DNA from: Candidatus Bathyarchaeota archaeon
Lineage (GTDB): Archaea; Thermoproteota; Bathyarchaeia; Bathyarchaeales; Bathycorpusculaceae
Direction: 5' to 3'
NCBI GenBank assembly: GCA_963826715.1
Contig: CAWGYA010000005.1
Coordinates: 64,001 to 128,000, forward strand
Length of the DNA stretch: 64,000 nucleotides
Below the pieces are notes generated by a model. That model ran no database searches, was not told where the DNA came from, and worked only from the letters and a program-made list of their open reading frames with translations. Every line of letters starts with the position of its first letter. Position 1 is the first letter of the stretch. Shown one piece after another: positions 50,534 through 60,291 of this stretch. Both the position numbers and the translations under genes were made by a program.

Positions 50534-51541
50534 ATGAAAGTATTAGTTACAGGCGGTTTAGGATTTATAGGCAGCAACTTCTGCAAGCACATGCTTGCAA
50601 CCTTCCCCGATATTGAACTGATTAACGTGGACAAAATAGGCATAGGCGCCAACCCGGCAAACCTACACGACATCGAAAACGACAAACGCTACACATTCAT
50701 CAAAGGCGACATCTGCAACCCACAACTAATAAACCGCCTCATCCACCAAGTTGACGCCATAGTCAACATAGCAGCCGAAACCCACGTGGACCGAAGCATA
50801 GCTGACCCAAACATCTTCTTGCAAAACAACACCGTAGGTACCTTCGTAATTCTAGAAGCCATCAGACGCCACAATCACAAAGCAAAACTTGTACAGATCT
50901 CAACCGACGAAGTCTACGGCGAAGCACTCCAAGGATCATTCACAGAAAACACACCCCCTAAACCATCCAATCCCTACTCAGCCTCAAAAGCAGCCGCCGA
51001 CATGTTCGTACTATCCTACCACAAAACATACGGCTTAAACGTCTCAATCACAAGATGCACCAACAACTTCGGCCCCAACCAGCTACCAGAAAAACTAATC
51101 CCAAAAACAGTCATCCGCGCACTACGCGACTTGCCAATACCCATATATGGCAAAGGCAACAACATCCGCGACTGGATATACGTCACCGACCACTGCCAAG
51201 CAATCAGCACAGTGCTCGAGAAAGGCAAACCAGGAGAAATCTACAACATCTCCGCAGAAAACGAATTAGCAAACCTCGACATTGTCAAAAAAATCATCAA
51301 ACAGCTAAACAAACCCGAAAGCCTAATCACCTTCGTTGAGGACCGCCCCGGACATGATGTTCGCTACAGCTTAGATTCCTCAAAACTCCGCAACGAACTA
51401 GGCTGGAAACCAAAAGCAAACTTTGCACAAGCCTTGCACTCCACCGTGCAATGGTATTTAACCAACGAACATTGGTGGACACCATTCGCCACCGACGTGA
51501 TTCTCCATCCAACACCATGGAAACTAGGCGCACTCCATTGA
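50534..51541 (+). CDS. rmlB: dTDP-glucose 4,6-dehydratase
   Basis: TGGLGFIG, AAETHVDRSI, STDEVYG, YSASKA, DRPGHDVRY. Confidence 0.95.
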   Translation: MKVLVTGGLGFIGSNFCKHMLATFPDIELINVDKIGIGANPANLHDIENDKRYTFIKGDICNPQLINRLIHQVDAIVNIAAETHVDRSIADPNIFLQNNTVGTFVILEAIRRHNHKAKLVQISTDEVYGEALQGSFTENTPPKPSNPYSASKAAADMFVLSYHKTYGLNVSITRCTNNFGPNQLPEKLIPKTVIRALRDLPIPIYGKGNNIRDWIYVTDHCQAISTVLEKGKPGEIYNISAENELANLDIVKKIIKQLNKPESLITFVEDRPGHDVRYSLDSSKLRNELGWKPKANFAQALHSTVQWYLTNEHWWTPFATDVILHPTPWKLGALH

Positions 51542-52428
51542 AACTACTCATCACCGGAGCCAGCGGACTCTACGGCTCCAAACTGGCTCAAATAGCCCTC
51601 GATAGAGGCATAACCGTTTACTCCAGTGCCATCCAGAACCTTTCAGCCTATGGGCGCTTTGTTGAACTCGACATCACTAACAAAACTCAGGTAGAAGCAG
51701 TTTTCAACGACATAAAACCCGATATTGTAGTTCACGCTGCTAGCCTAACCGATGTCGACAAATGCGAAACAAATAAGGCTCTGGCTTGGAAAGTCAACGT
51801 TGACGGAACAAAAAACATAATTCAAGCATCACAAAAAACAAACTCCTTCGTGATTTACATATCTTCAGACTACATTTTCAGCGGAGACAAAGGGCACTAC
51901 AAAGAAAACGACACACCTGACCCAGTAAACTACTACGGTACAACCAAAATGGAAGCCGAAGAAATCGTCAAAAACCTCCCCGAATACTTCATCGCCCGCC
52001 CCAGCGTAATCTACGGCGCCACACCAACAGCTGGAAAAGTCAACTTTGCACTTTGGCTAATTGAAGCCCTCAAAAAAGGCGAACGCGTCAAAATCTTAAC
52101 CGACCAATATAACACACCCACCCTCAACACCAACCTAGCCCAAATGACCCTGGAAGCCGCAGAGCGACACCTGACAGGAATTTACCATTTATGTGGCTCC
52201 ACACGAGTAAGCCGCTACGAATTCGCAATACAACTCGCAGAAGTTTTCGACCTAAACAAAGAATTAATCGATAAAGCTCTCTCAGCACAATTTTCCTGGC
52301 CCGCCCAACGCCCCCTGGACTCTTCACTAGATACCACCAAAGCACAACAAAACCTGAAATGCAAACCACTTGAGTTAACTGATGCGTTTAAGCAACTAAA
52401 ACAAGAGTTAATCCAAAAACACAGTTAG
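51538..52428 (+). CDS. rmlD: dTDP-4-dehydrorhamnose reductase
   Basis: LITGASGLYG, TDVDKCE, SSDYIFSG, YYGTTK, AQRP; TTGA overlap with rmlB. Confidence 0.92.
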   Translation: MKLLITGASGLYGSKLAQIALDRGITVYSSAIQNLSAYGRFVELDITNKTQVEAVFNDIKPDIVVHAASLTDVDKCETNKALAWKVNVDGTKNIIQASQKTNSFVIYISSDYIFSGDKGHYKENDTPDPVNYYGTTKMEAEEIVKNLPEYFIARPSVIYGATPTAGKVNFALWLIEALKKGERVKILTDQYNTPTLNTNLAQMTLEAAERHLTGIYHLCGSTRVSRYEFAIQLAEVFDLNKELIDKALSAQFSWPAQRPLDSSLDTTKAQQNLKCKPLELTDAFKQLKQELIQKHS

Positions 52429-52480
52429 ATAGCGCAATTGTTATGTAATTGAACTGGGTCTTTTGCATTTGTTTAAAGTC

Positions 52481-52840
52481 ATGATGAAGCAGACCACCAT
52501 CAAACAGATAGCGCATCAGCGCATCTTGATATTGTTTGAGCAAGCCAAAAAAATACGGCGAACACAACCAAACCTTGCGATGCAATATGTTGCCATAGCA
52601 AGACGGATTGCCATGGCCGCAAAAATCCGCTTTCCAATGGAATTCCGCCGTCAAACCTGTCGAGAATGCAATAGCTTCTTTGTGCATGGGGTTAACTGCC
52701 GAGTTAGGATAAAACAGAAAAGGGAGCCCCACGTGGTAATAACATGTTTAAACTGTGGGGACCAAACCCGCATAATGCTAAACAAAAAGGTGCAAAAAAC
52801 AGTTGAGCAAGATAACTACAAGAATGAAACGACACGTTAG
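52481..52840 (+). CDS. rnp4: Ribonuclease P protein component 4 (Rpp21)
   Basis: IAHQRILILF, CRECNS, RVRI, ITCLNCG. Confidence 0.92.
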   Translation: MMKQTTIKQIAHQRILILFEQAKKIRRTQPNLAMQYVAIARRIAMAAKIRFPMEFRRQTCRECNSFFVHGVNCRVRIKQKREPHVVITCLNCGDQTRIMLNKKVQKTVEQDNYKNETTR

Positions 52841-53111
52841 GCACGTCTTGAAAGACGAAAACCCCACCATCTGGGTCGGCAAGGACGGCTTAACAGCTCA
52901 ATCTATAGGAGAGATTGAGAAACAACTTCAAAGGAACAAGATGATTAAAATTAGAATACTCCCCGCAGCGCTCCAGGAACTGAACACAGCTGATTCGATT
53001 GCTAAAAAAGCAGCACAACAAACAGACTCAGCCTTAGTCGAAGTCCGCGGTCACGTATTTATCTTGTTTAGAAAACGCAAAAACCCTGAACCAGAAGAAC
53101 CTAAACAATAA
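52803..53111 (+). CDS. yhbY: YhbY/CRM RNA-binding protein
   Basis: PTIWVGKDGL, IKIRIL, VRGHVFILFR. Confidence 0.9.
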   Translation: MSKITTRMKRHVRHVLKDENPTIWVGKDGLTAQSIGEIEKQLQRNKMIKIRILPAALQELNTADSIAKKAAQQTDSALVEVRGHVFILFRKRKNPEPEEPKQ

Positions 53112-53459
53112 CTTTCATTTCACGAAATTGCATCAATAAACTTTCTCTTTAATTAGAGCTTTAAAGCTAAGGCAGCTTTTCTATAGAAAAGCAAAACAGT
53201 ACCATTTTACAATTTGAAGCATATTAGACTCTTTTACTCAACATCAGAATCTCAGAATCCAACATTTTGAATCCAACAAACTCAGCTCCTACATGTTTGA
53301 AACTTGTTCCCTAAACAGGTAAACTTTTTAGAACGCTAATTCTAAGAACACCTCCAGAAGAGTGCCCTGCATTATTGAAAAAAGAACCGAACAGAGGCAC
53401 TGCTTTTGTTTCAATCCAAAATTTAAAATCAAATCAACAGAAAGGATGATGAATATTAA

Positions 53460-54593
53460 ATGATAAATAACTCTGATAGAATCGTTGTTCGAGGACTAAA
53501 AGATGTTGCCGCAGCTGAAACCAGAATTAGCTACGTAAACTTCAACGGGGTCCTTTATTATTTAGGATACAACATCGACGATATTGTAGGCAAAGTTACC
53601 TACTCAGAAGTGGCATTCTTGCTAGTTCACAAACGCTTTCCAACCCGAAAAGAACTTGATAATTTCAACACAGAGCTTGTTTCCGCAATGGAACTCCCAA
53701 ACCAAATAACTGACAGCATAATACACACACCAAAAAACTGTCACCCAATGGATATCCTACGAACAGAAGTTTCTCATCTCGGCGAATACGACCTTGAAGG
53801 GAATGACTTCTCTGACGCCGCAAACATGAGAAGAGCCACACGCCTAATAGCCCAAGTGCCAGTAATAGTCGCTACTATACACCAAACTCGAATTAACCAA
53901 CCAGTTCCAAAACCAAAAGCAGAATTTGGCTTTGCCAAAAATTTTCTCTACATGTTTAAAGGGGTTGTTCCAGAAGAAAGTGAAACAAACGTTTTACACC
54001 GCTACATGACTCTTCACATTGATCACGGATTCAACGCTTCCACTTTTGCCGCGCGTGTCACAGCAAGCACAAACTCAGACATGTATTCAGCAATAACCTC
54101 CGCCATTGGAACCCTCAAAGGGCCCCTACACGGAGGAGCCAGCGAAAAAGTCATGGAAATGCTTGACGACATTAACCTCGAAGAAGAAGTGGAAGAATAC
54201 ATCAACGGCTTATTGGATGACCAAAAAAAGATCATGGGCTTTGGACACAGAATTTACCGCGCCCAAGATCCTAGAACTAAACACCTGAGAGGTATGGTAG
54301 AAGACCTTTGCCACCGCGATAGAACTCTAGGACTGTATAATAAATGCGTAAAAATTGAGGAGATAGTATATGGACGCAAAAAAATATATCCAAACGTCGA
54401 TTTTTACGCCGCAGTCGCCATGGATTCACTAGGTGTGCCTAAAGAGTTCTTCACACCATTTTTTGCTTCAAGCAGAATTGCAGGCTGGGTCGCTCATGTA
54501 ATTGAGCAATACGAGGATGCCGTTCTTCTCCGTCCAGAATCAAAATACATCGGCGATTTTAACCGACAGTTCGTTCCAATTGAAAACCGGTAA
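53460..54593 (+). CDS. Si-citrate synthase / 2-methylcitrate synthase family
   Basis: DHGFNASTFAAR, GPLHGGA, MGFGHRIY, PNVDFY, SRIAGWVAH. Confidence 0.93.
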   Translation: MINNSDRIVVRGLKDVAAAETRISYVNFNGVLYYLGYNIDDIVGKVTYSEVAFLLVHKRFPTRKELDNFNTELVSAMELPNQITDSIIHTPKNCHPMDILRTEVSHLGEYDLEGNDFSDAANMRRATRLIAQVPVIVATIHQTRINQPVPKPKAEFGFAKNFLYMFKGVVPEESETNVLHRYMTLHIDHGFNASTFAARVTASTNSDMYSAITSAIGTLKGPLHGGASEKVMEMLDDINLEEEVEEYINGLLDDQKKIMGFGHRIYRAQDPRTKHLRGMVEDLCHRDRTLGLYNKCVKIEEIVYGRKKIYPNVDFYAAVAMDSLGVPKEFFTPFFASSRIAGWVAHVIEQYEDAVLLRPESKYIGDFNRQFVPIENR

Positions 54594-55019
54594 CCCCAAA
54601 TTTTGACCTCAAAACAACACAAACAAATCAGCTCAACCCCAAACTCCCCCATTCTCTTTTTCAATAAAAACTCTCGCGAAAGAGAACCCATAAATTTTGA
54701 CTCATCAAATTCTCCAGGCACCCCTGATAAATTCCCAAGAAATCTCATTTTTATCCTTCCCAACTCAATTCTTATCTAAATAAATAATATTATCCAGTTT
54801 TCTAATTCTAACCTCATCAAATTACTGGCTATTTGACTACTGAACTTTCTTTGTTAAGAAACTTGCCTAACTCCAAAGACTTGATACCACATTCAAAACC
54901 TGGTTTTTCTTTATATTTTTATGGATTTTGGAATTATATTGACGGAAATAACTTCTGAATACATTTATATGGGTCTTCATTGTTTTACTGCAAGGAAAAA
55001 CCATAAGGATAGAGAATCT

Positions 55020-55484
55020 TTGACGACTCCACACGACGTTCCAGCTTCAAAATACATAGACCGATTAGCAAAGTACCTGCGGGAAAACGTAGATGAAATT
55101 CAACCACTCCCATGGGCAACCTTCGCAAAAACAGGTACCCACGTCGAAAAGCAACCACAAAACCCCAACTGGTGGTACACACGCAGCGCATCAATCCTGC
55201 GCAAAGTCTACATTCACGGTCCCATCGGTCTAGAAAACCTGCGCTCCGAATACGGCGGCAGAAAAAACAACGGCGTCAAAAAGAACCACGCCTCCAAAGC
55301 TGGCGGAAGCGGAATCCGCAAATCACTCCAGCAACTAGAAACTGCAGGCTTGATTCAAATCAAAAAGCCTCAAGGCAGAATCATGACTCCCAAAGGACGC
55401 AAGCTGATGCAGGAAGTAGCCGGAGACCTTTCAAAAGAACTAGTAAAATCTATTCCTGAGCTCAAGAAATATCAAGGCGAATAG
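55020..55484 (+). CDS. rps19e: 30S ribosomal protein S19e
   Basis: FAKTG, WWYTRSASILRKVY, LQQLE..GR; TTG start at 55020. Confidence 0.96.
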   Translation: MTTPHDVPASKYIDRLAKYLRENVDEIQPLPWATFAKTGTHVEKQPQNPNWWYTRSASILRKVYIHGPIGLENLRSEYGGRKNNGVKKNHASKAGGSGIRKSLQQLETAGLIQIKKPQGRIMTPKGRKLMQEVAGDLSKELVKSIPELKKYQGE

Positions 55485-55490
55485 GAAACC

Positions 55491-55820
55491 ATGTCAGATG
55501 ACGAGCTTGAGCAAATTCGCAAACGCAAACTTGTCACGATGCAGAATCGCGTAAGCGATGAGCAGAGACAATCTCAAGCCGACCAACAATACGAACAGCA
55601 GAAACAGGCACTGCTGGCAAAAATATTAACGCCTGAAGCTCGGCAAAGGCTAAATAACCTAAAACTGGTTAAGCGTGAATTTGCAGAGCAAATCGAGTTA
55701 CAGCTCATCGAGATGGCGCAAACTGGAAAATTGCCAATTCCGCTTTCAGATGTGCAACTCAAAGGCATCCTAATACAGCTTCAATCACGCAAAAAAGAGA
55801 CAAAAATTAGACGGATATGA
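55491..55820 (+). CDS. PDCD5-family DNA-binding protein
   Basis: DDELEQIRKRKL, ILTPEARQRLNNLKLVK; conserved position after rps19e. Confidence 0.93.
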   Translation: MSDDELEQIRKRKLVTMQNRVSDEQRQSQADQQYEQQKQALLAKILTPEARQRLNNLKLVKREFAEQIELQLIEMAQTGKLPIPLSDVQLKGILIQLQSRKKETKIRRI

Positions 55821-55826
55821 TAAAAG

Positions 55827-55985
55827 ATGGCGAGAGTAAAACCAACCGGCAAAAAACTCAGGTTAGCTAAAGCTGGCAGAGAATCACAGTCTGTTCCAAC
55901 ATGGGTTATCGCCCGAACTGACGGTAAAGTTAGAGTTAACCCCAAACAGCGACGCAACTGGCGAACCCGTAAAATAAAGGCTTAG
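55827..55985 (+). CDS. rpl39e: 50S ribosomal protein L39e
   Basis: Manual: MARVKPTGKKLRLAKAGRESQSVPTWVIARTDGKVRVNPKQRRNWRTRKIKA. Confidence 0.95.
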   Translation: MARVKPTGKKLRLAKAGRESQSVPTWVIARTDGKVRVNPKQRRNWRTRKIKA

Positions 55986-55999
55986 GAGAATAACAAACA

Positions 56000-56467
56000 A
56001 TGTCTAATGAAACTAAACAAGTAGCACAACAAGAAGAAACAATCGAAGAATTAGTAGAGATGCCTGAAGAAGAGACTCTGCAAACCACCCAAGCGGAAGA
56101 ACAAGCGCCACAAACTGAAGAAGCAGCTGAAGAAAAAGCTAAGCCAAAACGCAAAAAGAAAGAGGAAGACGAAATAGTCGAAGAACGCTTCTACACCATT
56201 CCCCTACAAAGAGCACTTGTTCGCCCACCAAAAAAACGTGCACCACGCGCCATGCAACTCCTAAAAATCTTTGTCATCAAACATATGAAACTTGAAATGA
56301 AAGTTTCCGAGGAAGAGGAAGAAGAAGAGCTACCCCACCTTATAGTTTCAGCAGAAGTTAACGAGAAAATCTGGGACCGAGGTATCGAGAAGCCCCCACG
56401 CAAAATTAAAACCCGCGTTACCAAAGACAAAGATGGCAACGTCACGGTTTACTTAGCGGAAAACTAG
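56000..56467 (+). CDS. rpl31e: 50S ribosomal protein L31e with acidic N-terminal extension
   Basis: ERFYTIPL..KRAPRAM..VNEKIWDRGIEKPPRKI. Confidence 0.95.
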   Translation: MSNETKQVAQQEETIEELVEMPEEETLQTTQAEEQAPQTEEAAEEKAKPKRKKKEEDEIVEERFYTIPLQRALVRPPKKRAPRAMQLLKIFVIKHMKLEMKVSEEEEEEELPHLIVSAEVNEKIWDRGIEKPPRKIKTRVTKDKDGNVTVYLAEN

Positions 56468-56580
56468 TAATTTTTCCCCTTTTCCATTTAAATCCATATT
56501 CTAAACACAATCTCACCACAACCTAAAATAAGAAGAAAAATAGAAACACCAATCAAGCTAATTTAGAGGAGAAAACCTTC

Positions 56581-57249
56581 TTGACCGTTTACTTATCTAG
56601 CATCGTTGGATGCGTAAGCATTGGCGTTTACTCGCTAGCAACAGAACAAATAGTTATTATACCAGTAATGGTGCCAAAAGAGAAAGCCCAAGAATACGCT
56701 GATTGGCTAAAAGCAGACCTTGTTTACACAACCATGAGCGGCTCAGTTTTGATCGGAGCTTTATCATGTGCAAACAGCAACGGAATGATACTTCCAAAAT
56801 CCATCTGCGAAGAAGAACTATCCTGCATCAAAGCTGTCTTCAAAGGCAACATCACCATAATGGACACCAAAAAAACCGCATACGGCAACCTCGTCTTAAC
56901 AACGGACAAAGGCGCAGTAGTTGACCCACGCTTTAAACCCGCCGAAATCAGGAAAATCTCCGACGCATTGGGCGTCGAGGCAGTCCCAACAGAAATTGCA
57001 GCCTTACCCTATGTAGGGTCTTTGGCTTCTGCAACCAACAAGGGAGTACTAACGCATCCGCAGCTCAAAGAGGAAGAAAAGAAAATTATAGAAAGCGTCT
57101 TGAAGGTTCCCGTGGATGTGGGCACTGTGAACTGCGGTATTCCCTATGTAGGCACTGGTTTAATCGCTAATAGCAAAGCAGCTGTAGCTGGATCCATGAC
57201 GACTGGACCTGAAATGTTCATTATTGAACATGCGCTAGAAACAATATAA
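56581..57249 (+). CDS. eif6: Translation initiation factor 6
   Basis: IGVY, ANSNG, GTVNCGIPYVGTGLIAN, TTGPE. Confidence 0.95.
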   Translation: MTVYLSSIVGCVSIGVYSLATEQIVIIPVMVPKEKAQEYADWLKADLVYTTMSGSVLIGALSCANSNGMILPKSICEEELSCIKAVFKGNITIMDTKKTAYGNLVLTTDKGAVVDPRFKPAEIRKISDALGVEAVPTEIAALPYVGSLASATNKGVLTHPQLKEEEKKIIESVLKVPVDVGTVNCGIPYVGTGLIANSKAAVAGSMTTGPEMFIIEHALETI

Positions 57250-57288
57250 TCGACTTTTAAATCAATTTAAAACCTTTTTTCCCTTCTG

Positions 57289-59349
57289 TTAATGCTCAGT
57301 TTTCTTCTTCAGTGTTTTCCTAATAAACGTAGAAACTATAGCCAACAAGGCTACAAACACTGCTAAAACAATCACAATATTTTGAATATTTGATGAATCA
57401 ACTGTTGGTGCCTCAGTTATACTGGGTTGAGTTGGTGTTGGTTGAACAGTAGGATTTTGAGTTTGAATGGGTGCGGGCGTGGGGCTGGCTGTCACGGTTG
57501 GTTTAGGCGTCGGTTTGATTGTTATCCTGGGGATCACATCGGGTGGTCTAGGGGTTGGCGGGGCTGGGGTGATTGGGGGAATGGTTGGAATAGGTGTACT
57601 TGTGGGGGAAGGTGAATCAAACCCTAAAACTGTAATTGTATGTGGCGTGGTTAGGTTTAAGAACGTATATGATCCTGTGATTTCAACAGGGTTATTATCA
57701 ACTAACACTCTTGTTATTGTATATCCGTCGTCGGCTTGGTAGTTGAATGTTTGATTTTCGCCGATGTTAACATTAACGAACCCCGAAGGGGTTATGCTAC
57801 TGTAGCCTGAGCTTGCTGAGTATATTTCTGAGTAATTTGCTCCGCCAAAATAAAGCCGAGAAATAGGCAACTCAGATAATTGGGTTTTTGAGGTCAAACT
57901 ATTCCAGTCACTGCTAAAGGTCAACTGCCAAATCCCTGGAGCATCTATGTTATACTGGAAAATGTTGGTGCCGAACATGGAAAGAAAAGTTCCTGGATTA
58001 GATACGCTTATCGTTACTGTTCGGCTAGCCAGATCCATGTTAAAGGAGGCACCATCTATTATGCCGTTTAAATCTTGATATACACTATCCATAACAGGTA
58101 CAGCTAATGATCCCGTAACCGGCACATTTGAGAGAAGCATTAACAATACCGCGGCATCCGCTGTAGCTTCTGCGCTGATAGGGCCATCTGAACGCATCCG
58201 AAACATACCTGTGGCGCTATCAAATAATTGGCTTCTCAAAGTTAGGTTCCAAGCTGGAGCAGGTCCAGCAGTGCCATTTAGCATCGACTGAACTTGATTT
58301 CGCATAGTCAATGTCATATTACCGTAAAGTCCCAGCAAAGCCGCCCATGAAATTATTGTGTTTTCAAGACGTTGCTGAGGATTACTTGTTGCATGCGTGA
58401 CAACAAAATCTCCCCATTGGGGACTGCTCCACCCATCAATGAGTGCCCTAGTTTCCAGGTCCACAAATAGGTTAGCTATGTTTTTGGTAGATTGATCATA
58501 AGCATAGAGTTTCCAAATTATCTGATCAAATGAGCCTGCCTCACACTCAAAATCATTTGTGCCAACTGAGTACTTGTAATAACCTTGACCTGAGATGCTG
58601 TTAGTCCAAAGATGTTCATTTGTCCAGTTCCACCAAAACTGAGCTTGTTTGAGCCCATCCTCTATCCCCAGCAACCAAAACGTTAGGTACATATCGATTG
58701 TTTGGGCGCATTCATCATAGAATCTTGGACCATTAATTATTCCCCACCCCTTGCCGTCGGAACCAACGCAGAGAATAGGTTTGCCGTATGAGTTAACGGT
58801 GTTATTGAAACAATTATATGCGCTGGTAAGATTCCATTTCTCTGTTTCATAGTCAAGTTGGCTTGCCCATTGATAAGCATACAAAATATATCGGTTGTTA
58901 ATGAGAAACGATGGGGTGCCAGAGTTCAAGTAATTGAAAGGTAAACATCCCACGTTTGGTAACATAGGCATTGTATTTAGGGCATTTTTTATGGTTGTTG
59001 AATTTATGCAGGCACCCAATTTGCTGAGTTGATAGTACCAATAAAACGCGGTCTCAGCCGTAGATGAAGAGTTAATATTTATTGCATCAATAGAATTTTG
59101 AAGTTCAGTTATGGTTGTTTGACCCAAAGTTATACCATCATAAATTATCTGATATGTGCTGTTCCAATCGCCATGTGTGCTAACGTTACCTATTAAATCT
59201 AAAATCGCTTCAGCCGAACCTCTTGACTGAGTTGAAACTGTTTGTGCATACGCAAAATTGCTTGTGCCACTAAAGAAACAGCTAAGAAGTAACGCTGCAG
59301 TTAGCACTACGGCCAAAGTTTTTAATGTGGGTAACTCTTTTTTTGTCAT
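57289..59349 (-). CDS. Cell-surface protein: helical domain, InlB-B-like repeat, Pro/Thr linker, C-terminal TM
   Basis: Signal peptide; Trp-rich helical core with RFYDE and FECEAG; SITPSG..ADDGYTITRVLVD..YTFLNLTTPHTITV; PT repeats; TM plus basic tail. Confidence 0.75.
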   Translation of the reverse strand: MTKKELPTLKTLAVVLTAALLLSCFFSGTSNFAYAQTVSTQSRGSAEAILDLIGNVSTHGDWNSTYQIIYDGITLGQTTITELQNSIDAININSSSTAETAFYWYYQLSKLGACINSTTIKNALNTMPMLPNVGCLPFNYLNSGTPSFLINNRYILYAYQWASQLDYETEKWNLTSAYNCFNNTVNSYGKPILCVGSDGKGWGIINGPRFYDECAQTIDMYLTFWLLGIEDGLKQAQFWWNWTNEHLWTNSISGQGYYKYSVGTNDFECEAGSFDQIIWKLYAYDQSTKNIANLFVDLETRALIDGWSSPQWGDFVVTHATSNPQQRLENTIISWAALLGLYGNMTLTMRNQVQSMLNGTAGPAPAWNLTLRSQLFDSATGMFRMRSDGPISAEATADAAVLLMLLSNVPVTGSLAVPVMDSVYQDLNGIIDGASFNMDLASRTVTISVSNPGTFLSMFGTNIFQYNIDAPGIWQLTFSSDWNSLTSKTQLSELPISRLYFGGANYSEIYSASSGYSSITPSGFVNVNIGENQTFNYQADDGYTITRVLVDNNPVEITGSYTFLNLTTPHTITVLGFDSPSPTSTPIPTIPPITPAPPTPRPPDVIPRITIKPTPKPTVTASPTPAPIQTQNPTVQPTPTQPSITEAPTVDSSNIQNIVIVLAVFVALLAIVSTFIRKTLKKKTEH

Positions 59350-59607
59350 GCGTTTTCAGGCTGAATAAGACTTTTAAGAAACCCGGTTTCTCATTTTCTC
59401 CACTATTTGGACTCCCATTAAGTTTACGCTTCAATCTCGTTAAGACTTTTGTTCAAACTCATCATTAAACTTCATCAGTTGGAATTGGTAACATCCAAGA
59501 ATGTGGATCATTTTACCATTGGTTCACTATAATAGAGCTTAGTGTTCCTTTTGGTGAATACGTTTATAATTGGGAATGCACTGGATGTTGTGCAGGTAGA
59601 AGAAATC

Positions 59608-59838
59608 ATGAAAGCTTTCAAAGTAACCGGTCAAATCAAAAAGCCACAACTTGCAACTCCCTTCGCTAAAGAAATAATAGCTGACAAAAGCGAACACGCC
59701 GTCGAGAAAGTTTACGCTGAAATCGGCAGTAAACACCGCGTGAAAAGATTCCAGATCAAAATCGCTGAGGTCAAGGAATTGCAAGCGGATGAGATTAAAG
59801 ATCCTATTTTAAAGAAACTTGTAATCGGAGAAGAATAA
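59608..59838 (+). CDS. rpl18a: 50S ribosomal protein L18Ae (LX)
   Basis: MKAFKVTG..AVEKVYAEIGSKHRVKRFQIKI. Confidence 0.93.
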   Translation: MKAFKVTGQIKKPQLATPFAKEIIADKSEHAVEKVYAEIGSKHRVKRFQIKIAEVKELQADEIKDPILKKLVIGEE

Positions 59839-59839
59839 G

Positions 59840-60280
59840 TTGACTCAGAGAGTTCAAGCTGAAGAGGAACTCCGTAAACTCAGCATGGAAATGAGATATC
59901 TAGAGCAGACTGCTGAAACGCTGCAACAACGCATCGGCATGGTTAATGCAGCCATTACTGACTTAACCTACGCAACTGCAACGCTGGATGGTATTGAAAA
60001 AGAGAAAGAGAATGTAGCGATGCTAGTTCCCATCGGCGGAAGCTCTTATGTTAAAGTTAAGCTTGCAGACACAGACAAAGTTATCGTTGGCATGGGTTCA
60101 GGTGTCTCAGTCGAGAAACCTTTAGCCGAAGCTAGAGTCACGCTCAAAGAGCGTTTGGATGACCTTGAAAAAACTATGAACGTCGCTCAACAACAATTCA
60201 GTCAAATAGCCGACCGCATTAACAGCGGCAGAAGCAGGCTTGAATCTTTGCTTTCCAGCGCCAGAGAAGGCAAACAATAG
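59840..60280 (+). CDS. pfdA: Prefoldin alpha subunit
   Basis: Coiled coil, LVPIGGSSYV..VIVGMGSGVSVEK, coiled coil. Confidence 0.95.
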   Translation: MTQRVQAEEELRKLSMEMRYLEQTAETLQQRIGMVNAAITDLTYATATLDGIEKEKENVAMLVPIGGSSYVKVKLADTDKVIVGMGSGVSVEKPLAEARVTLKERLDDLEKTMNVAQQQFSQIADRINSGRSRLESLLSSAREGKQ

Positions 60281-60291
60281 AGCGAAAGGTA

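Noticed and set aside
42136-51339. Arg/Pro/Thr-rich alternative-frame and antisense ORFs (e.g. 42136-42741, 43348-43713, 47263-47799)
   Set aside because: Shadow ORFs caused by C/A codon bias over well-supported genes.
57440-57615. Low-complexity G/T-rich repeats
   Set aside because: They encode the Pro/Thr linker of the surface protein.
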